Part shown: piece by piece, positions 48,429 to 54,661 of the stretch
Numbering within the stretch: the first letter of the stretch is position 1
Layout of the letters: each line of letters starts with the position of its first letter
Assembly: GCA_016235455.1 (NCBI GenBank)
Contig: JACRKZ010000102.1
Span: 1-64,000 of the forward strand
Direction of reading: 5' to 3'
Origin: Armatimonadota bacterium
GTDB lineage: Bacteria > Armatimonadota > UBA10988
DNA: 64,000 nt
Translations under genes and position numbers: made by a program
The notes under the pieces: model-generated
What the model was told of the DNA's origin: nothing
Database searches by the model: none
Seen by the model: only the letters and a program-made list of their open reading frames with translations

Positions 48429-50627
48429 TCAGCGCACTATCTCCACCGCGATGGCCGGCAACGCGCCCAACGGCACGCGCAACTTGTCGTCGGGGATCGG
48501 CGGACCGCCCGCGGGCTGTCGTTGCTCGGCGGACACCAGCACGATCAGGTTGCCGAGCCAGCCGACCGGGCAGCGGCCGGCCTCGGCGCTCAGCGTCAGC
48601 ATCGACGGCGAGAGCGTGGCCACCGACACGCCGGCCGGCGGCTCAAGCAGCTCGAACGCGACGTTGCCGAGCGCCGGGGGCAGCGGCAAGACCACGCCAA
48701 CGCGAGCGCTGCCGCCGGCGCGCAACAGGACCGGCTCGTCGCTGGCGAGCTGCATCCGGGCGTCGGGCCGCGACCGCCCGACCACCGCCGCCAGCAGGTC
48801 TTGGGCCGGCACCAGATGGCGGTAGGAGAAGGCCTGCGTCTGGTTGTCCGCGGGCACGGCGGCACGGCTCGTCTGGTGACCGGCGATCACGGCGCGACCG
48901 GCGATGCGCAGGCCAAACGGCTCCGGCCACACCTGCGTCGGCGCCGACACCGTGAACGTCACGCGATCCTGCCCGCTGGGGATGACCGCGCCGGTGACTG
49001 CGCAGCCACGTGGCGCGTCGACCAGGGTGAGGGCGATGTCGCCATCGAAGCCGTCGCGCCGCTGGGCGAAAGCAGTCACCGGCACGTTGGCGCCGCCGCG
49101 CATGGTCAGGCTGGAGGGCGTCACGCGCAGCTCGAAGTCCGGCCGAGGCGCGCTGAGCCGCAGGCGATAGCGCCACGCCGGGCCGCCGGCCTGCTGCGCG
49201 TCGCCCAGTTCCAGCGTGTAGCGGCCCGTGACCGGCAAGGTCAGCATCAGGTAGGAATCCGCATGGTGCGTCTGCAGACCGGCGGCCTGGTCGTCGCGGT
49301 CGTCGTTGGCCGCGATGAGCTGGCCGGTCGGGTCGCGCAGCCGCAGAACCGAATCGATCGGCGAGTCGAGCCGGCGCCCGTAGACTTCGGCCACCAGTGC
49401 CTGGCCGGCGCGCCCCTCGACGGCGAAGCAGTCCCAGTCGCCCGGCGCATCGAGGCGGCCGTTGACCATGGCCGGCAGGCTCACCGACCGGGCCTGGTCG
49501 GGCGTGTCGTTGGGCTCGCGCTCATCGAGTTCGGGCAGGGCGTCGGCCTGCATGGGCAGCTCGTTGGCCTGCGGCCAGGCCTGCCAGGACTGGAGGCCGG
49601 GCGCCTGCGCCAGCGGCTGCCAGTCGACGGGATTGGCGGGCAGGTTCCAGCCGTCGAGTCGCACGGTGGTGGGCTGACCCAGCCGGCCACCGGCGGGGAA
49701 GGCGCCGGTGACGAACGGCAACTCGCCCAGCGTGACGCGGTAGACGAAGTCCTCGCGCCCGCGGTACAGCGAGTCGCGCAGGTCCAGACGATAGGTGCCA
49801 TCGGCGGGGATCTGGTAGCCAAGGACCGGATCGGGCCGGAACAGGTAGTTGTCGGCATGGGCCACTTCGCGGCCGGCGGGGTCGTAGAGCGTGGCCGTGG
49901 CCTGGAGCCAGCCGGGCACGGCGTCGGCGATGTAGGGGATCAGATCACGCGCCTTGACGGCCACGGTGAGCCGCTGGCCGGCGCGCGCGGCGAAGCGGTA
50001 GTGATCGACGCAGCCGGGTGAGAGCTGGCCGTTGAGCACCAGCGGCGGCGTCACGTCGACCGGCGCGGGATCGGCGTCATTGGCGGCCGCCATGCTGTCG
50101 CGACCCATCGGCACGTCCTTCCAGTCGGGCTTGCGATATTCCGGCAGGTCGCCTACCCAGAAGGCGCGTGGGTTGGTCAGCCCGGCGCGCGTCAGCAGCC
50201 GCACCTCGTGCCGGCCCACGGTGGCATCGGCGGCGATGGTCACACGTAGCGTGATGAACTCGCCCAGAGACGGGTTGGACAGCCGCCGACCAAAAGCGGT
50301 CAGCGTGCTCTTGATGGCATCGACCTGCGCTCGCTCTTCGGCCGTCAGCCGCATGCCGTCGCGCAGCTTGGCCTGCAGCCGGCCCAGCCGGTCGCGCAGA
50401 TCACGTTGCTCTTCGGGCGTCACCTGCCGCGCCTGCGCCAGCACCGCTGCCTGCACGCCGCCGCCGACGAACAGGACGGCGACGGGATCGTTGAGATCGG
50501 CGCCGCCGACAACGGCCGAGAAGCTCGTGCCGCGTTGGCCGCCGGCCGGGTAGACATAGCCCAGCCGCGGCTCTCGAGCCGCAGCCACCGTCACCATCAG
50601 CAGGACCAGCCCGACACAGCTTCGCAT
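48429..50627 (-). CDS. Secreted PPC-domain protein (pre-peptidase C-terminal repeats, planctomycete-like)
   Basis: YVYPAGGQRG, EREPND, GRLDAPGDWDCF, DSVLRL..ANDD, YRLRL. Confidence 0.8.
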   Translation of the reverse strand: MRSCVGLVLLMVTVAAAREPRLGYVYPAGGQRGTSFSAVVGGADLNDPVAVLFVGGGVQAAVLAQARQVTPEEQRDLRDRLGRLQAKLRDGMRLTAEERAQVDAIKSTLTAFGRRLSNPSLGEFITLRVTIAADATVGRHEVRLLTRAGLTNPRAFWVGDLPEYRKPDWKDVPMGRDSMAAANDADPAPVDVTPPLVLNGQLSPGCVDHYRFAARAGQRLTVAVKARDLIPYIADAVPGWLQATATLYDPAGREVAHADNYLFRPDPVLGYQIPADGTYRLDLRDSLYRGREDFVYRVTLGELPFVTGAFPAGGRLGQPTTVRLDGWNLPANPVDWQPLAQAPGLQSWQAWPQANELPMQADALPELDEREPNDTPDQARSVSLPAMVNGRLDAPGDWDCFAVEGRAGQALVAEVYGRRLDSPIDSVLRLRDPTGQLIAANDDRDDQAAGLQTHHADSYLMLTLPVTGRYTLELGDAQQAGGPAWRYRLRLSAPRPDFELRVTPSSLTMRGGANVPVTAFAQRRDGFDGDIALTLVDAPRGCAVTGAVIPSGQDRVTFTVSAPTQVWPEPFGLRIAGRAVIAGHQTSRAAVPADNQTQAFSYRHLVPAQDLLAAVVGRSRPDARMQLASDEPVLLRAGGSARVGVVLPLPPALGNVAFELLEPPAGVSVATLSPSMLTLSAEAGRCPVGWLGNLIVLVSAEQRQPAGGPPIPDDKLRVPLGALPAIAVEIVR

Positions 50628-50937
50628 GGTGTCTCTGACCTCCAGCAGCCCCATAGACGCCGTGATGCCGAACTCGGGCTTGCGATCCTGTTAACTGCGG
50701 TCGACAGGCGCGGGCGGTCGAGCGCGCGATCGCCAACGACCAAGGTAGCGGCGGCCACAAGGCGAGGCGTGGCCAAGGGTCTGTCGATGCGATCGCGGCT
50801 GATGCTGGTCACGACCGCCCCACCCCGGGATGTTGGCCGCGCGGATTGCCACGCGGACCGGCGCGCTGCCGCGTTTGGCCTTGCGGTGCTGTTGCACTTG
50901 GCTAGGATACGATCGACACACGCCTCGGAGGATCGTC

Positions 50938-51189
50938 ATGTGCGCCTCGCGCCTATGGGCCATCGTGGCCGGCGCGGCCACGCTCGCGCTGGCCGCCTTC
51001 TTCACCGTTCTGCTGCTGGTCAAGACCCTGTGGGCTTGGACCATCCCCGACCTCTTCCCCGGCGCTGTGCGGCAGGGCCTGGTGGCCGGCTCCATCTCCT
51101 GGCTCACGGCCATGAAGGTGGCGCTGTTCGTGGCCATCTTGTCGGGGTTCAGCCGCGGTCAGGACGGCCTCCGAACCGGGTCGGCCTAG
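50938..51189 (+). CDS. Small membrane protein
   Basis: GGAGG RBS; two hydrophobic helices; WTIPDLFPGAV. Confidence 0.7.
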   Translation: MCASRLWAIVAGAATLALAAFFTVLLLVKTLWAWTIPDLFPGAVRQGLVAGSISWLTAMKVALFVAILSGFSRGQDGLRTGSA

Positions 51190-51226
51190 GCACGGCCGGT
51201 GCACTGTTTCTGGGTGAGATCCGGTC

Positions 51227-53968
51227 CTACTCGACGGTCAGCGCCAGATCATCCAGCTCACAGGAGCCGGCCACGTTGCCGGCGCAGATGAACATGACGC
51301 GGCTGAGCGTCTGGAAATCGTCGGCCAGCGGCACCTCGGCCCGCTGCTCGCGGCCGTCGGGCCAGGTCGCCGTGACGACGGCTCGCCGCGCGTCGGCCCG
51401 GCCCAGCGTGAACCGCACGCTCAGCCGCAGCCACTCGCCCGGCGAGAGCTGGCCGAGCGTCTGGCCGCCGGCCGTGACCCGGCCATCGCCGTTGACCTGC
51501 GCGCTAGGCCCACCGGCGAACTCGCGGCCGGTCTTGGGCTGGTAGTCGCGGAACTCGAAGGACACGCCGCACGGCGCGCCGGGCTCGGTTCGCACGCGGC
51601 CCGACAGTGTCACCGTGCCCGACGGCACCGGCCTGGCCAGCGTGTGCGACAGATACGGCAGGAATGAGCGCGTCGCCAGCACCGTGTCCGTCAGTCGCAG
51701 GCAGCGCCGGCCCTCCGCCGCCACCGCGTCGGTGACCCCGACATCGGCCTGCCGCCCATCGGCCACCGCGACGACGAACTCGCGCGGCACCATGCCCACG
51801 GGCACATCCTCCAGGCTCAGCCGGAACCCCGGCACAGGCTCGGGAATGGCCGCCGGCTTCATCGCGTAGACCGGCGGCGGGGTCACGCGTACCGGCGCGG
51901 CCACGTCGCGGTAGTCCGCGCCGCGCCCCGCCTGGCTGGGATCGAACGGTACGAAGCCCAAGGCCAGGGCCGGCGACCCGGGCTTGAGCCGGAAGTCGCC
52001 GTGCGCCGGATCGACAAACAGCGGATCGGCTCTGACCGAGCCCTGGTCCTGCCCGAGCGCCTGCCATTCGGCCCAGGTCTTGCCCGCGAAGCCCAACGGC
52101 AGGCCGGCGGCGTTCCAGTACAGGTTCCCGCGACAGGCCATCAGCCCCAGCGGCCACACGGCATCAACCAGGTTGGGGCTGGTCGTGTAGCACAGGTTGC
52201 GCTCGAAGACGTTGGCCTTGGCGTACGGATTGGCGTAGCTGCGCACGAACGGCGCGGATTCGCCGTGCACCGGCCCGAAGATGTTGTTGCGAATGGTGTT
52301 CTGTGCGCCGCCGTTGATGTTGAACCCGTGCGTGCCCACGTTGTAGTCGAGGTTGTTCTCGACCAGCATCTCCGACGACCCTTCATCGAGATACAGGCCC
52401 AGTTGCCAGTGTTCCCGAGCGTGCGGGCCCTGCCGGTTGTCGTAGAGCACGTTGCCGGCGATGACCGTCCCCGGCTGTCGGCCGAGCGTATAGATGCTAG
52501 CGCCATCGGCCAGCAGCGACACGACGTTGTGAATGCGGTTGTACTCGATGCGGTTGCCTCCGCAGGCGGTGGGCTGGTCGCTCCAGTTCCAGCCCACGGC
52601 AATGCCCGAATACGGGAAGTTCCAGATTTCGTTGTGCGCGATGACCGTGTTGCGTACGATGCCGGCCCAGATCGCGTTGGCCGAGTAGTACATCAGCCCG
52701 CCGTCGGAGACCGCGCAGTTCTCGATGCGGTTGCCCGTCGGCACTTCCGGCGCGGTGGCATCGCCCTTCATGGCAATATCGCCGATCTTGATGCCGCCGC
52801 CGCCCAGGTCATACAGCCGGCAGCCCGAGACACGATCGTCGGCGCAGCCCAGGCCCAGGCCGAGACCGTAGTTGCCGGTCTGCGCGATGGTGCAGCGCTC
52901 CCACACGCAGCCGCGCGCGCCGACCGCCTCGACCGCGGCGGGCAGGTCGGGCTGGGCCTGGGAGCCGCCGTAGCCCTCACGCGGCAACGGGGTCTCGGTG
53001 TGCGAGAACGTCAGCCGCTCGAACCGCACGTGGTCGACGAACCGGCCCTTGGCCCAGTCGCCCGCGAGCCGCAGCACACGGTCGAGCCGGGGCGCCACCA
53101 GTCGCGTGTCGGCCAGCGCCTCGCCTGGCAGGGGCAGGTAGGTCAGCGTCCCGGTCGGCCGATCCAGATACCACTCGCCCGGCTCGCGCAGCGCCTCGGC
53201 CACGTTCTCCACGTAGTAAGGGTTGTGTGGCCCGACCTGGCCGATGGCGAAGGTCGGCAGGCCGGTGAACTCGACGATGCGGCTGGCTTCGTCGACGCGC
53301 GCGATGCGCAGGCGCGACGAACTCCACATGTGCAGCGCCACTACCTCCACATCGTCCAGGTTGCGCCAGGGCCGAATGTCGCCGGCGAAGTAGACGAAGT
53401 CCTTCTGTGCCGCGCGGTGCGCCGCGGCTACGCGCCGGGGCGAGTAGGTCAGCTGGTCCACGGCCAACATGCCGAGATGCGGCCGGTAGCGCCGCTGATA
53501 GGGCCCGTTGCCCGTCGAGACGAACAGCTGCCGGAAGGTCCACTGGCCCGCCGCCACCTCGGGCAGCGTGACGGTCCACTGGCGCCGGCCGCCGACCGTG
53601 CTCTCGCGCAACCCGCTCAGCGCGCGGCCGCCGCTGATCACCGGGCGCTCGTCGCGATAGGCGCGCCACACGGTCGGCGCCGCGGCCGTGCCGGAGTCCT
53701 CCGGCCCCAAGGTCCACGGCGCGTCCAGCGCGTAGGTCCCGCCGCGCAGCTCCACCGCCACCGGTCGGGCGGCGGCGCGCACTGCCTGCTGAGCGCGCCC
53801 GAGCGTGGCGAACGGACCATCGGTACCCGCGGCGTTGGCGGCCGGCAGCCGGCCCGACCAGGCGTCGCGGCCGGCGGGCGCCACGTAGAAGGTGGTCTGG
53901 CCCAGCGCGGCGACGGCACACAAGCCGGCGCACAACAGCGCTCGCGCGGGCAGTGGTATCGTGATCAT
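51227..53968 (-). CDS. Secreted right-handed beta-helix protein (GH141-like)
   Basis: FYVAPAGRDAWSG..GPFATL.RAQ, EPGEWYLD, PYSGIAVGW, DGASIYTLG, LYLDEGS. Confidence 0.88.
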   Translation of the reverse strand: MITIPLPARALLCAGLCAVAALGQTTFYVAPAGRDAWSGRLPAANAAGTDGPFATLGRAQQAVRAAARPVAVELRGGTYALDAPWTLGPEDSGTAAAPTVWRAYRDERPVISGGRALSGLRESTVGGRRQWTVTLPEVAAGQWTFRQLFVSTGNGPYQRRYRPHLGMLAVDQLTYSPRRVAAAHRAAQKDFVYFAGDIRPWRNLDDVEVVALHMWSSSRLRIARVDEASRIVEFTGLPTFAIGQVGPHNPYYVENVAEALREPGEWYLDRPTGTLTYLPLPGEALADTRLVAPRLDRVLRLAGDWAKGRFVDHVRFERLTFSHTETPLPREGYGGSQAQPDLPAAVEAVGARGCVWERCTIAQTGNYGLGLGLGCADDRVSGCRLYDLGGGGIKIGDIAMKGDATAPEVPTGNRIENCAVSDGGLMYYSANAIWAGIVRNTVIAHNEIWNFPYSGIAVGWNWSDQPTACGGNRIEYNRIHNVVSLLADGASIYTLGRQPGTVIAGNVLYDNRQGPHAREHWQLGLYLDEGSSEMLVENNLDYNVGTHGFNINGGAQNTIRNNIFGPVHGESAPFVRSYANPYAKANVFERNLCYTTSPNLVDAVWPLGLMACRGNLYWNAAGLPLGFAGKTWAEWQALGQDQGSVRADPLFVDPAHGDFRLKPGSPALALGFVPFDPSQAGRGADYRDVAAPVRVTPPPVYAMKPAAIPEPVPGFRLSLEDVPVGMVPREFVVAVADGRQADVGVTDAVAAEGRRCLRLTDTVLATRSFLPYLSHTLARPVPSGTVTLSGRVRTEPGAPCGVSFEFRDYQPKTGREFAGGPSAQVNGDGRVTAGGQTLGQLSPGEWLRLSVRFTLGRADARRAVVTATWPDGREQRAEVPLADDFQTLSRVMFICAGNVAGSCELDDLALTVE

Positions 53969-54035
53969 CGGGGTGGCTCCGCGGGCCGCCTTCGCCGTCG
54001 GGCTCAGCACATCCTTCCGCGGCGCCGGACAGGTC

Positions 54036-54061
54036 GAACCGGATCATGACATCCGGTGTCT
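54036..54061 (+). promoter_or_regulatory. Candidate ECF-type promoter with an embedded inverted repeat
   Basis: GAACC-N17-GTCT ends 18 bp upstream of the sigma ATG; accggat-catgac-atccggt palindrome at 54038-54057. Confidence 0.4.
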
Positions 54062-54079
54062 TCACTTCGGAAACGGTCG

Positions 54080-54661
54080 ATGCACGCCGAGCAGAATCCC
54101 ACAACCCGAGACGCGGCTGCGTTCGAGGCGGCTTGTGCGCAGTGGCGTGGCGAGCTGCAGCGGCTGGCGCTGGGCATTCTGCGCCAACCCGACACGGCCG
54201 ACGACGTGGTGCAGGAGGCGTTGCTGCGGCTGTGGACCGCCGACCCGCCACCATCGACCCAGGGCACGCGGTCCTGGCTGCTCAGGGTCACCACCAACCT
54301 GGCGCTCAACGCGCTGCGCAGCGCGCGCCGCCGGCCGGCCGACCCGGTCGATCCCGCGAGGCTGGGTCTGGCCCTGGCCGCGGGCGCGGGCCTGGCGGCC
54401 GGCAGTCAGCCGCCGGCCACGCCGCATCAGGCATTGGTACGCGCCGAGACCGACGGCCTGTACCGTCGCGCCCTGGCCGACCTGCCGCCTGCTCAGCGGC
54501 AGATCGTGTCGCTGGTCTACGAATCCGAGATGCGCCTGCGCGATGTGGCGGAGGCGCTCGGGGTGCCCGAGGGCACCGTCAAGTCGCGGCTGCACGCCGC
54601 CCGCGCCAAACTGTCGCGCCGCTGGCGCGAACTGGCCCCCGACTGGGAGGATGAGTCATGA
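54080..54661 (+). CDS. ECF-type sigma-70 factor
   Basis: Region 2 (ADDVVQEALLRLW, SWLLRVTTNLALN..R) and region 4 (LPPAQRQIV..VAEALGVPEGTVKSRLHAAR). Confidence 0.95.
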   Translation: MHAEQNPTTRDAAAFEAACAQWRGELQRLALGILRQPDTADDVVQEALLRLWTADPPPSTQGTRSWLLRVTTNLALNALRSARRRPADPVDPARLGLALAAGAGLAAGSQPPATPHQALVRAETDGLYRRALADLPPAQRQIVSLVYESEMRLRDVAEALGVPEGTVKSRLHAARAKLSRRWRELAPDWEDES

